From IMG/VR virus record IMGVR_UViG_3300042485_001768: a stretch of 64,000 bases of DNA. One strand, 5' to 3'. Under the pieces are notes generated by a model. That model saw nothing but the letters and a program-made list of their open reading frames with translations. It did no database searches and was not told the DNA's origin. A program made the translations under genes and the position numbers. Below are positions 45,769-55,649 of this stretch, piece after piece. Position 1 is the first letter of the stretch, and every line of letters begins with the position of its first letter. Origin of the DNA: a virus. Lineage: Duplodnaviria > Heunggongvirae > Uroviricota > Caudoviricetes.

Positions 45769-46472
45769 TGTTTGAAATAAATTCTGAATTAAAAGTAAAA
45801 ATAGAAAGAGTTCAAGATATATTTTGGACTTCAACTGATAGTGGATTAGTAAGTTTTGATTCTAGTGTAATAATAAAAAAACCAATTTTTATTATTGATG
45901 ATTTTTACAAAAATCCAGATGAAGTTAGAAAATTGGCAAAAGAATCAAAATTGCATACTGATAAAGATATTCTTGCTGGGGCAATAGGAAGAAGAGTATG
46001 GAGAGAAGAACCAGAAATAATGTTTGAAATGGCAAATAAAATGTGCCCTGTATTTGAGCAAATGTGTCAACATGAAGAATGGCATATTAAGTTTGATAAA
46101 ATTCATCATTATGAAAAATGGAATTCTATGAGATTTGTTGTTAATGTTACTAATGACAAAGAAATTATTGATTCTGGTAGAGATTGGGATACAATCTGTC
46201 ATATTGATGGCCCTTATAATAAATGGGCATCCTTGGTGTATTTAAATACTCCAGACGAATATGGATCTGAAGATTCTATTTCTGGAACTGGATTTTATTC
46301 TGTGGTTGAACCAGAAAAAAATGGATCAATTAATAAACCAAAGTTGCAATATACATGCTCAATGAAGTATAATAGGGCAATATTATATGACGCTAATCTG
46401 GTTCATGGTGCAATTTTAGAACCAAATATGTACAAAGATTATGATAGAATGACACAAATTATGTTTTTTTGA
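45768..46472 (+). CDS. 2OG-Fe(II)-oxygenase-like protein (DUF6445-type)
   Basis: IDDFYKNPDEVR...HID...SLVYLN...GTGFY...YNRAILY...HG...R.TQ; paralog at 60820. Confidence 0.7.
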   Translation: MFEINSELKVKIERVQDIFWTSTDSGLVSFDSSVIIKKPIFIIDDFYKNPDEVRKLAKESKLHTDKDILAGAIGRRVWREEPEIMFEMANKMCPVFEQMCQHEEWHIKFDKIHHYEKWNSMRFVVNVTNDKEIIDSGRDWDTICHIDGPYNKWASLVYLNTPDEYGSEDSISGTGFYSVVEPEKNGSINKPKLQYTCSMKYNRAILYDANLVHGAILEPNMYKDYDRMTQIMFF

Positions 46473-46540
46473 TTGGTCTAAATAATTCAAATTAAGCTAT
46501 TAAAATAGCAAATATTAGTTAATACTGGGGTTGAACACAA

Positions 46541-47677
46541 ATGAGATCAAAAGCATTTTTTATTAATGGTGGAGCTGGCAGAGTAATATGCTCTATCCCT
46601 GCATTTGAAAAATATGCAGAAACTCATGACGATTTTATAATCGTTTGTGAAGGAGGAACAGATTTCTATAAAGGTCATCCTATTTTACATAATAAAGTAT
46701 TTGATAGTTGGCATAAAGGATTGTTTGAAAAAGAAATTAAACATAGAGATTGTATAAGTCCAGAACCATATAGAATTTGGGAATATTACAATCAAAAATG
46801 TAATTTATCTCAAGCATTTGATATGATCATTAACAATCTTGAAGAACCTAGGGAACTTCAAGATCCAAAAATAATTTTAAATAAAATGGAACTTTTACAG
46901 GGATATAATTCTGTAGAAGAAATAAAGGCAGGAACTGGTAAAGATAAGGTTTTGGTTGTTCAACCATTTGGTAGAAGTGTAGAACAAGTTGGTAATGATT
47001 TTATTGCAGATTCCACTTCACGAAGTTTTTCTCTTAATAATATTGTTGAAATTATTAATGAACTTAAGAAAGATTATGCAGTAGTTATTATGAGTGAAAT
47101 TCATTTTCCTCTTGAGAAAAATGAAGACAAATCTAAATATCGTGTTGCAAGACCTCAAATTACTGATATGAGACTTTGGGCAAGTATTATTAATGCTGCC
47201 GATCACTTTTTGGGATGTGATAGTATGGGGCAACATATTGCTAAAGCATTTGGTAAAACTGCAACTGTTGTTCTAGGGTCTACATACCCCGAAAATATTT
47301 CTTATCCAAATTCAAAAGATTTTGATATTATTGATGCTGGACTTGATAGAAGAAAATATAGTCCTATTAGAATTTCAATAGATGAAGAAATTGATAGGTA
47401 TAATGATGAAGCAATGGAATTAGACACAAAAAAAGTTCAAGAAGTAATTGCTTCCGTTAAAAAAAGAATGGGTAAATCTGTAGCTTATACTGGTGATTGG
47501 GTGCAAACTTCTTCACAACAATCAACATGTTGCCCCAAACCCCAAGATAAAATGGCAATATCCCCTGATATGAAAATGCCATCAAATCCAGTGTTAATGC
47601 CAAAAGAAAATAAAGGTTTTAGTGGAAAAGAATCTTTAGATAAAGAAATTAATAATATTTTAAAAAAACTTAAGTGA
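46541..47677 (+). CDS. GT9-like glycosyltransferase (tentative)
   Basis: GGAGRVICS, VVQPFG, FLGCDSMGQHIAKAFGK. Confidence 0.6.
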   Translation: MRSKAFFINGGAGRVICSIPAFEKYAETHDDFIIVCEGGTDFYKGHPILHNKVFDSWHKGLFEKEIKHRDCISPEPYRIWEYYNQKCNLSQAFDMIINNLEEPRELQDPKIILNKMELLQGYNSVEEIKAGTGKDKVLVVQPFGRSVEQVGNDFIADSTSRSFSLNNIVEIINELKKDYAVVIMSEIHFPLEKNEDKSKYRVARPQITDMRLWASIINAADHFLGCDSMGQHIAKAFGKTATVVLGSTYPENISYPNSKDFDIIDAGLDRRKYSPIRISIDEEIDRYNDEAMELDTKKVQEVIASVKKRMGKSVAYTGDWVQTSSQQSTCCPKPQDKMAISPDMKMPSNPVLMPKENKGFSGKESLDKEINNILKKLK

Positions 47678-47686
47678 GGTAATTAA

Positions 47687-49480
47687 ATGACTCAATGGAT
47701 TGCTGCTATTGCTAGAGGTCACAATTCTGGCGTGTGTTTATTAAAAGATGGTGAATTAGTTTTTTCTATTGAAGAGGAAAGACTGTCTAGACATAAGTAT
47801 GATGGTGGACCATTGGCTTCAATGGTTAAAATATTAGAGTATACTAATCGCTTAGACTATCTTGTTATCGCTCATACACAACCATTATCTGATGCTGGTA
47901 AAATTGATTTTACTGGGGATGATATGTATACTGGTATGGCTAGAAAACTTGGGTTAATTGATAGAAAGGAAAATAACTATGATCATCCTCAAGTTATTGA
48001 TTTAAGTAAAATTCATCACAAGTTACATGCTTCTTGTGCTTTTTATCGTTCTGGTTTTGAGAGTGCTGTTGCTGTTATTGTTGATGGTGCAGGAACTTTT
48101 ATTCCAATGAATTTTGGAAGACAGCAAGAAATGACATGGGAATTAGAAACTATTTTTAGTTGTGAATATCCTGCAAATATCAAAACTCTTTATAAACATC
48201 AGGGGGGTAGAGGTCCATGGGCTTCTGTCAAAATTCCCGAAATGTATAATCAGGATGAGGAATCTAATTATGAATTGATTGTTGACGAAACTGCTGGTAT
48301 TACAAAAGCATATGAAGCAGTAACTCAATATTGTGGATGGCCTCCTATTGAAGCTGGTAAAACCATGGGATTGTTCCCTTATGGAAAATTAAATGATAAA
48401 GTCCCAGAAATTTATACTGATTGTGGTGGGGGAAAATGGAAGAGTGCTGATAGAAATGTTATTGTCCCTACCTATCCTAATGGTGCAATTGTTAATGAAG
48501 GAAGATTTGAATTTCTTGAAACTCCAGAAGAATTTGAAGATCTAACTCTTTTAGAAAATCGTCGTGACTTGGCGTATGCTATTCAAACACAATCACAACA
48601 GATGGTTCTTGATTTAATTCGTAAAGCAGTTCAAATGTCTGGAAATAATAATGTTGTTATTTCTGGTGGATATGGACTTAATTGTGTTGCAAACTATTGG
48701 TATCTTGAGCAACTTAAAGATGAAGGAATTAATCTTTATGTTGAACCAGTAAGTAATGATGCAGGAACTGCTATTGGTGCTGCATTGCTTGCTCATCATA
48801 GACTTAATGAAGATGGTATTGTCAAATCTAGAATTGATAATCTTTATACTGGATTAGAATATACTTACATTCAAACTGAAATTCAAAGTATTTGTGAAAA
48901 ATACAATGTAACATCAGTATCGAGTTCAAATTATAAAGATATTGTTGAATTAATTACCCAAAAAAATATCGTTGCATTGTTCCAGGGAAGATCGGAGGCT
49001 GGTCCTCGTGCTCTTGGTAATCGTTCTATTCTTTATGATCCTAGAGATCCAGATGGTAAGGATCATGTGAATAGAATTAAAAGAAGAGAATACTTTAGAC
49101 CTTTTGCAGGATCTATTTTGCAAGAGCACGTTCACGACTGGTTTGATCTAAGAGGAATGGAAGATTCTCCTTTTATGATGTATGCAGTAAACTGCAAGGA
49201 AGGGATTGAGGAAAAAATTCCAGCAATTATTCACGTTGATTGTACTTGTAGAATACAGACAGTAACAGAAGAGCAAAATAAACATTATTACAATCTCATT
49301 TCTGAGTTCTATAATCAAACTGGTTGCCCAATTATTTTTAATACCTCTTTTAATCTTGGTGGAGAACCTTTAGTTGAAACCTTGGACGATGCGATCAGAA
49401 CTCTTGCAAATAGTCTTATTGAATATTTGTATCTTCCAGAATATGAACTTTTAATTTATGTAAAAAATGAAAAAAATTAA
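47687..49480 (+). CDS. NodU/CmcH-family carbamoyltransferase
   Basis: EEERLSRHK, HHKLHA, IVDGAG, GKTMGL, SGGYGLNCVAN, EAGPRALGNRSIL, KRREYFRPFA, NTSFN. Confidence 0.93.
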   Translation: MTQWIAAIARGHNSGVCLLKDGELVFSIEEERLSRHKYDGGPLASMVKILEYTNRLDYLVIAHTQPLSDAGKIDFTGDDMYTGMARKLGLIDRKENNYDHPQVIDLSKIHHKLHASCAFYRSGFESAVAVIVDGAGTFIPMNFGRQQEMTWELETIFSCEYPANIKTLYKHQGGRGPWASVKIPEMYNQDEESNYELIVDETAGITKAYEAVTQYCGWPPIEAGKTMGLFPYGKLNDKVPEIYTDCGGGKWKSADRNVIVPTYPNGAIVNEGRFEFLETPEEFEDLTLLENRRDLAYAIQTQSQQMVLDLIRKAVQMSGNNNVVISGGYGLNCVANYWYLEQLKDEGINLYVEPVSNDAGTAIGAALLAHHRLNEDGIVKSRIDNLYTGLEYTYIQTEIQSICEKYNVTSVSSSNYKDIVELITQKNIVALFQGRSEAGPRALGNRSILYDPRDPDGKDHVNRIKRREYFRPFAGSILQEHVHDWFDLRGMEDSPFMMYAVNCKEGIEEKIPAIIHVDCTCRIQTVTEEQNKHYYNLISEFYNQTGCPIIFNTSFNLGGEPLVETLDDAIRTLANSLIEYLYLPEYELLIYVKNEKN

Positions 49481-50960
49481 TTCAGTAAAAAGAATAACTA
49501 TTGTTGGTGGAGGTACTTCTGCATGGTTGAGTGCCGCCTTCTTTTTAAAACAATCACAGTTTGGTACAGAAATTGTAGTTATTGATAAAGAAAAGGGAAA
49601 TCCTGTTGGAGTTGGTGAAGCAACATTACTTAGTTTTAAAACTTTTATGGATTTTTGTGGATTTCCTATTCAATCCTGGTTTGATGAAATTGATGCTACT
49701 TTTAAATCGGGAATTCTATTTACAAATTGGAATAGACAAAATGATGACATTTGGCATCCTTTTTGTTTTCCTCAATTTGATTTTTTAAAATCTTCTTTAC
49801 TCAACTTATGGTCAAAAACTAATTTTGGTCTTAAAACACATGGATCTGCTTTATATGAATGTTCTGTAAAAGAAAACAAAATAGATACCAATAATATTGG
49901 AGCATATGCATTCCATATTGACTGTGGAAAATTGGTAAAATTCATTCAATCTCAAATAAAAAATAATATTAATTTTATAAATTCTGAAGTTATTGATATT
50001 ATTAGGGATGATACTGGTGATATAAATCATTTATTATTGGTAAATGGTCAAAAAATAGAATCTGATTTGTATATTGATTGTACTGGATTCAAAAGATTTT
50101 TGGGATCCAAACCAAAAACTGTAAATCTTAGAGATAGACTATTTTGTGATACTGCAATTGCTGGGCATATTCCTTATAAAAATGAATCTGAGGAAATGCG
50201 TCCATATGTAATTTGTGATGCTGTAGAACATGGTTGGATTTGGAATATACCAGTTAGGTCTAGAATAGGTTCTGGTTTAGTTTTTAATAGATCTGTAACT
50301 GACATAGAAGAAGCAAAAGAGTATTTTGTAAATTATTGGGATAATAGAGTAGAAAAAGAATCGTTAAAAGTTATTGATTGGACTCCGTATTACCATGAAA
50401 ATTTTTGGGATAATAATGTGGTGTCTATTGGATTATCTGCTGGATTTATTGAACCATTAGAAAGCACTGGTGTTGGTCTTATTTGTGCGGGTATTTTAGA
50501 ACTCGGGGATAGATTGAAAAAAGCACATTATAATTATGATGATATTAATCTATACAATTGTAAGATGAAATGTTTTTTTGAATCTGCAGTTGATTTTGTT
50601 AATATGCATTATTCCAATACAAATAGATTTGGTAAATTTTGGGAATGGGTAAAAAGAGAACATACGGTTAATACTACACATCAATATTTTATTGATGAAT
50701 TTTTAAATAACCCATATAGTTTTCCTCATGGTGGAACAGAAATGTTTGATGGGAATAACTGGAGTATATGGCTTTGTCAATTAAATACATCTTTTATTCC
50801 AAAATTTGCAGATGGTGTTGATACCAAACATTCATATGAGTTAGTAAATAATTTTCATGATAATGAAATAGAAAAACATAAAAATTCTATTTTGCACTCG
50901 GAATTTGTTAAAACCTTTACTAAAGAATTAAATGGAAAAAATGGAAAAAATATTCGTTAA
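49467..50960 (+). CDS. tryptophan-halogenase-like flavoprotein
   Basis: VGGGTSAW, VGVGEAT, ATFKSGI, YIDCTGF, GWIWNIP, GFIEPLESTG. Confidence 0.9.
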   Translation: MKKINSVKRITIVGGGTSAWLSAAFFLKQSQFGTEIVVIDKEKGNPVGVGEATLLSFKTFMDFCGFPIQSWFDEIDATFKSGILFTNWNRQNDDIWHPFCFPQFDFLKSSLLNLWSKTNFGLKTHGSALYECSVKENKIDTNNIGAYAFHIDCGKLVKFIQSQIKNNINFINSEVIDIIRDDTGDINHLLLVNGQKIESDLYIDCTGFKRFLGSKPKTVNLRDRLFCDTAIAGHIPYKNESEEMRPYVICDAVEHGWIWNIPVRSRIGSGLVFNRSVTDIEEAKEYFVNYWDNRVEKESLKVIDWTPYYHENFWDNNVVSIGLSAGFIEPLESTGVGLICAGILELGDRLKKAHYNYDDINLYNCKMKCFFESAVDFVNMHYSNTNRFGKFWEWVKREHTVNTTHQYFIDEFLNNPYSFPHGGTEMFDGNNWSIWLCQLNTSFIPKFADGVDTKHSYELVNNFHDNEIEKHKNSILHSEFVKTFTKELNGKNGKNIR

Positions 50961-51348
50961 TGGTACTTTTGATATTTTGCATAAAGGACATTTAGAACTG
51001 TTAAATTATGCCAAATCAAAAGGAGATATTTTATATGTTGCCATTGATACTGATCAGAGAGTTAAAGAAAAAAAAGGAGAATCAAGACCAATTAATAATC
51101 AAAATGATAGGGCAGAATTTTTAATTAATTTAAAATCTGTAGATTATGTTGTTCTATTCAATACAGATGAAGAATTAGAATATTTGGTTAAAAGTATAGA
51201 ACCTGATATAATGGTTGTAGGTTCAGATTGGATTGGTAAAACAGTTATTGGATCTGAACATGCAAAAGAATTAAAATTTTTTAATAGATTAGATGGATAC
51301 TCAACTACAAACACAATTGAACGTATTGTTAATAGGGGAGAAGTGTGA
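50941..51348 (+). CDS. RfaE domain II/HldC-like nucleotidyltransferase
   Basis: NGTFDILHKGH, KGESRPIN, GSDW, YSTT. Confidence 0.88.
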   Translation: MEKIFVNGTFDILHKGHLELLNYAKSKGDILYVAIDTDQRVKEKKGESRPINNQNDRAEFLINLKSVDYVVLFNTDEELEYLVKSIEPDIMVVGSDWIGKTVIGSEHAKELKFFNRLDGYSTTNTIERIVNRGEV

Positions 51349-52099
51349 AGATGAATATCTTTATGGTGATGTAGAACGCATTAGTCCAGAAGCTCCAGTA
51401 CCAATACTTAAGTATATTTGTACTGAAACTCATTCTGGAATGTCTTCTAATGTTAAAAATAATCTAGAATCTTTTGGTATTAATGTAGTTCATATAACCA
51501 ATAAAGAAACTATTAAAAAAACTAGAGTAGTTCACAATGGTAGTAAACAACAACTTTTAAGAATTGATAAAGATGTAAAAGTATCTCCGATTAAACCCTC
51601 TGAGGTTCGGAGTGCTTTTTTGCATTTTTCTTATGATGCAGTTGTTGTATCTGATTATGATAAAGGTCTTCTTACAACTGACGACCTTAAAGTAATTTGT
51701 CAGAACTTTAATGGTCCTGTTTTTATTGATACTAAAAAACGGGATTTATTTACTGAAAAGAATGTAATTTTTAAAATAAATCAGAGAGAATATAATAATC
51801 TTATATCTTATCCAGAGGATGTACATTTAATTGTTACTATGGGTAGTGATGGAGTTAAATACTTGGGATATACATATCCATCGGAAAAAGTAAATGTATT
51901 TGATGTTGTTGGTGCTGGTGATACCTTCTTAGCAGCATTTGTATACTCTTACTTGACATGTAAAGAAGATAGATTTAGATTTTCTGAATCTATTAAATAT
52001 GCAAATAAAGCAGCAGCAATTGCTGTTCAACATTTTGGTACATATACATTATCAGAAGATGATATTAGGAGTTTAAATAATGGCAATATATTGTATTGA
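51293..52099 (+). CDS. RfaE domain I/HldA-like heptose kinase (PfkB family)
   Basis: ERISPEAPVP, QLLRID, VSDYDKG, DVVGAGDTF. Confidence 0.9.
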   Translation: MDTQLQTQLNVLLIGEKCEDEYLYGDVERISPEAPVPILKYICTETHSGMSSNVKNNLESFGINVVHITNKETIKKTRVVHNGSKQQLLRIDKDVKVSPIKPSEVRSAFLHFSYDAVVVSDYDKGLLTTDDLKVICQNFNGPVFIDTKKRDLFTEKNVIFKINQREYNNLISYPEDVHLIVTMGSDGVKYLGYTYPSEKVNVFDVVGAGDTFLAAFVYSYLTCKEDRFRFSESIKYANKAAAIAVQHFGTYTLSEDDIRSLNNGNILY

Positions 52100-52409
52100 T
52101 ATTGATGGTACAATTTGTGAAAATGGAGCATGTAAAGTATGTGCTTATGAGGGAAGTATGCCTCATTTAGAACGAATTGAAAAAATCAATCAACTTTATG
52201 AAGATGGGCATACAATAAAATATTTTACTGCTAGAGGAATGGGTAGATATAATGATGATGCTCAAAAAGCGAAAGATAAATTTTATAATTTAACTAAAAT
52301 GCAATTAGAATTATGGGGATGTAAATACCATGAATTGATAATGGGTAAACCATCAGCAGACTACTATATAGATGATAAAGCAATAAAAGACAATGACTTC
52401 TTCAATTGA
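52080..52409 (+). CDS. HAD-family phosphatase-like protein
   Basis: CIDIDGTI, FTARG, MGKP, YIDDK. Confidence 0.8.
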   Translation: MAIYCIDIDGTICENGACKVCAYEGSMPHLERIEKINQLYEDGHTIKYFTARGMGRYNDDAQKAKDKFYNLTKMQLELWGCKYHELIMGKPSADYYIDDKAIKDNDFFN

Positions 52410-52746
52410 ATTTGTTCCCAAAGGATGGGGATTTGAAAAGTGGATTGTAAATACAGAACAATATTGTGGTAAACTTTTATATTTTGTAAAAGGTAGAAAG
52501 TGTTCTTGGCATTATCATAAAATTAAAGATGAAACTTTCTATGTTCAATCTGGATTATTGATACTTCATTATGGGTATGATGATGATATTAATTTAGCAC
52601 AAAAAAGAACACTTAAAAAAGGAGAAAAATTCCATGTCCCAGTTGGACTTAGACATAGAATGTATGCCCTAGAAGATACTGAATTATTTGAATTTTCTAC
52701 TCAACATTTTGAAGAAGATAGTTACAGGGTTATTAAAGGAGATTAA
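52393..52746 (+). CDS. cupin (sugar isomerase-like)
   Basis: VPKGWG.E, SWHYHKIKDETF, HRMYA. Confidence 0.8.
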   Translation: MTSSIEFVPKGWGFEKWIVNTEQYCGKLLYFVKGRKCSWHYHKIKDETFYVQSGLLILHYGYDDDINLAQKRTLKKGEKFHVPVGLRHRMYALEDTELFEFSTQHFEEDSYRVIKGD

Positions 52747-52749
52747 ATT

Positions 52750-53331
52750 ATGGATATAAAAGATTTAGTTGTTGAATTTAATAATTTTATATCTGATCAA
52801 AAATGTGATGAGATGATAGAATGGTTTGAAACTAATTCTCATCTACAATTAGATGGAACTGTTTCTGGAACTTTAAATGGAAAAAATGATAATTATGTAA
52901 TGATGGATTTTAAAAAAGCGAAGCAATCTAATCCATTACCAGAGGATCCAGTGTCTCATTTAATGACTAATATTATATTTGATACATATAAAACTTATTC
53001 AGAAATAAGACCAGCACCTCAAACAAATATTTGTGCAAGAGATTATTCTATAAGAGTTTATAAAAAAAATGAAGGTTATTTTAAACCTCATGTTGATCAA
53101 GATGCTGGTGGTAATGTTACTAGGATTTTTGCAATTATAATGTATTTAAATGATGTTGTGGAAGGTGGGGAGACAGAATTTCCACATTATGATATAAAAG
53201 TTAAACCAGAAAAGGGTAAAGTATTAATATTTCCTTGTAATTATTTATTTCCACATCAAGGTAATATGCCAATATCTAATGACAAATACATTGCTACTTC
53301 ATTTATCAATTATACGGATATAAAATGTTAG
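52750..53331 (+). CDS. prolyl-4-hydroxylase-like 2OG-Fe(II) oxygenase
   Basis: HVD...YLND..EGGETEF...G.VLIFP....HQG....KY. Confidence 0.88.
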   Translation: MDIKDLVVEFNNFISDQKCDEMIEWFETNSHLQLDGTVSGTLNGKNDNYVMMDFKKAKQSNPLPEDPVSHLMTNIIFDTYKTYSEIRPAPQTNICARDYSIRVYKKNEGYFKPHVDQDAGGNVTRIFAIIMYLNDVVEGGETEFPHYDIKVKPEKGKVLIFPCNYLFPHQGNMPISNDKYIATSFINYTDIKC

Positions 53332-53939
53332 AATACAATGTAACTAAACCGTTTGGTCCTATCATTTTTGAATGTTTTTGCCCACAAAATGTGGTGGATA
53401 ATTTTAATAATTTCATTGATAATATGGATCAAGAAACAAAAGAACTATGTTCCTCTAAGCATAGTAAAGTTCAAGGATTTCCTGATCTATTATCAAGAGG
53501 ATTTGAGATTGTATATTTGACAAGTGATCAATTAGATACTATTGGATTTTCATCTTTTATTGCTAATGCTTCTGAAGAATATATGAAAGTTCATGGTGTG
53601 AATAGTGCGGATATATATTTTAACAATTCACATTTTTCAGAGTTATTTGTTGATGTTTGGGTTAATAGATATTTTCAAAATGACTATACACCACCACATG
53701 ATCATGCTGGACATATATCTGGAATAACGATATTGGATTTACCAGAAGATTCGGATTGGTATGATTTACATAATTTGGAATTTATTTGGAATAATGAGCA
53801 TCATAGACCTGAGCAGAAAATAGGAAAGACTTTTTTGTTTCCCAGTAACCTTATGCATTGGGTTACTAAACAAAAAAGTCTTTTAGAAAGAAGGACTATT
53901 AGTTTTAATTTACTTGTAAATACTCAGCAACAGACTTGA
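53325..53939 (+). CDS. putative 2OG-Fe(II) oxygenase
   Basis: WVN..F..DYTPPHDH..ISG...FPS.LMHWV....R.TISFN. Confidence 0.8.
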   Translation: MLEYNVTKPFGPIIFECFCPQNVVDNFNNFIDNMDQETKELCSSKHSKVQGFPDLLSRGFEIVYLTSDQLDTIGFSSFIANASEEYMKVHGVNSADIYFNNSHFSELFVDVWVNRYFQNDYTPPHDHAGHISGITILDLPEDSDWYDLHNLEFIWNNEHHRPEQKIGKTFLFPSNLMHWVTKQKSLLERRTISFNLLVNTQQQT

Positions 53940-54699
53940 AGTTATAATTTTTTAACCAACTCATATCTGCACAAGTATAAGTTTGATATTTACCAACTAA
54001 ATGATCTGGGAAGGGAATGGTATTAATTTTACCATTCTCTTTTTTTGCAACTAATTCTGCAACCTCTTGGAATGAAATTGGATTTCCTGTGCCAATGTCA
54101 TAAATTCCACTTGGTGCATCATTGTTTAAAACAATATCAACAATATCATCAACACAAACAAAGTCACGAAGAAATTTGTCTGATCCTTCAAATAAATTAA
54201 GTTCTCCAGTTTCTCTAATTTCTTTGGTGAATTTACTAACTGGACTTGCTTGATTTCCTTTATGATCTTCTCCATCACCGTACACATTAAAATAACGGAA
54301 TCCCTGAATCAATTGGAATTGGTCTAAGTTATCTAATACACAATAATCAATTTGAAGTTTTGAAATTGCGTATTGATTTAATGGATTAATCTGCCCATTA
54401 GTGTTTCCGTATACTGATGCTGAAGATGCATACTTTACTGGAATTTTATATTCGATTGCTTTATTAAATAAGGCACAAGAAAATGCTACATTATAATGCC
54501 ATAATTTTTGTAAGTTTTTTTCTGTAGTCGATGATATTGCACCTTGATGTATGATAAGACTTACTTTGTCCCAATCTTCAAATTCTCTTAATAATCTCCA
54601 AGAATCTTCTTGATCTATTAATAGTATGTCTTCATTTGTACTGATTTTATTTACAAAATGTTGACCAATAAAACCAGATGATCCTGTAAGTATAATCAT
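53905..54699 (-). CDS. hldD: ADP-L-glycero-D-manno-heptose 6-epimerase
   Basis: TGSSGFIG, IHQGAISST, YASSASVYG, Y..SK, FRYFNVYG..EDHKG, RDFVCV. Confidence 0.85.
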   Translation of the reverse strand: MIILTGSSGFIGQHFVNKISTNEDILLIDQEDSWRLLREFEDWDKVSLIIHQGAISSTTEKNLQKLWHYNVAFSCALFNKAIEYKIPVKYASSASVYGNTNGQINPLNQYAISKLQIDYCVLDNLDQFQLIQGFRYFNVYGDGEDHKGNQASPVSKFTKEIRETGELNLFEGSDKFLRDFVCVDDIVDIVLNNDAPSGIYDIGTGNPISFQEVAELVAKKENGKINTIPFPDHLVGKYQTYTCADMSWLKNYNFKSVAEYLQVN

Positions 54700-54750
54700 A
54701 ATTCTCCTATTATAATAAATAATAACATAAAAAAGACTAAAAGTATATCA

Positions 54751-55407
54751 ATGTCCTTTGGATCTCTAGCCTCATATTCTACAATAAATAACTTCCCACA
54801 AATATTATATACTTCGCCATCTTCAAATTTTTCTGAAGGTAGTGTATATGTGGTTAATATGAATTCTTTCCCCGTTAAAATTAGAGTTGCGGTTTTGGGG
54901 AGCAATGATATAAGTGATTTACTAATTTCAGATTACATTATATATAACCATACAATTCCAACTGGAGAAAAATTTGTCTCCGATAAAATATTTTTAAAAG
55001 ATGGTGAGTCTGTAGTTGTTAGAGCAGATTTGCCTAATGTTAAATTTACTTTCCGTGGTAGCGAAGTTGGGTTATCAACTTCAACTTGTGGAATTTTATC
55101 TGCCTTTAGTCCAGTAACTAATGTTAAAATTGGTGCTGGACAAACGGTATTCAATATTCCAGTATCTATACTTGAAACTGATGCTAATTTATACATAACT
55201 AATACATCGCCAGATTACGTAGAGGTTAGCGTTGGTATCGGTACAACCATTGGCTCAAATCATTATTTGGTATATAATGAGAGAGTTGATCCTGGAAATT
55301 ATTTTTGTCAGAACGACATTAAATTGGGTGCTGGAGAAATTATTTTTGCGAAGGCTACATCAACAGATATAAACATAGTCGCTTTAGGAAAAACCACGAA
55401 CAGATAA
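54751..55407 (+). CDS. hypothetical protein with two tandem beta domains
   Basis: Internal duplication (V.N......IRVAV...Y..YN..I..G / Y..N......V.V.....Y..YN..V..G). Confidence 0.65.
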   Translation: MSFGSLASYSTINNFPQILYTSPSSNFSEGSVYVVNMNSFPVKIRVAVLGSNDISDLLISDYIIYNHTIPTGEKFVSDKIFLKDGESVVVRADLPNVKFTFRGSEVGLSTSTCGILSAFSPVTNVKIGAGQTVFNIPVSILETDANLYITNTSPDYVEVSVGIGTTIGSNHYLVYNERVDPGNYFCQNDIKLGAGEIIFAKATSTDINIVALGKTTNR

Positions 55408-55649
55408 TGATGAAATTTACAGTTTATTCTAAATATGGTTGCCCATATTGTACCAAAGTTGAAGAAGTTTTAAAGTTGGCAAACCTTGAACATAAGGTTT
55501 ATAAGTTGGATGATGATTTTACCCGTAACCAATTTTATGCAGAATTTGGTGAAGGTGCTACATTCCCACAAGTATTGTTAAATGATCAACAACATCTTGG
55601 TGGTTGTACTGAAACAGTGAAGTATTTAAAAGAGCAGAATTTAGTGTAG
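55407..55649 (+). CDS. glutaredoxin
   Basis: CPYC, TFPQV, GG. Confidence 0.93.
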   Translation: MMKFTVYSKYGCPYCTKVEEVLKLANLEHKVYKLDDDFTRNQFYAEFGEGATFPQVLLNDQQHLGGCTETVKYLKEQNLV

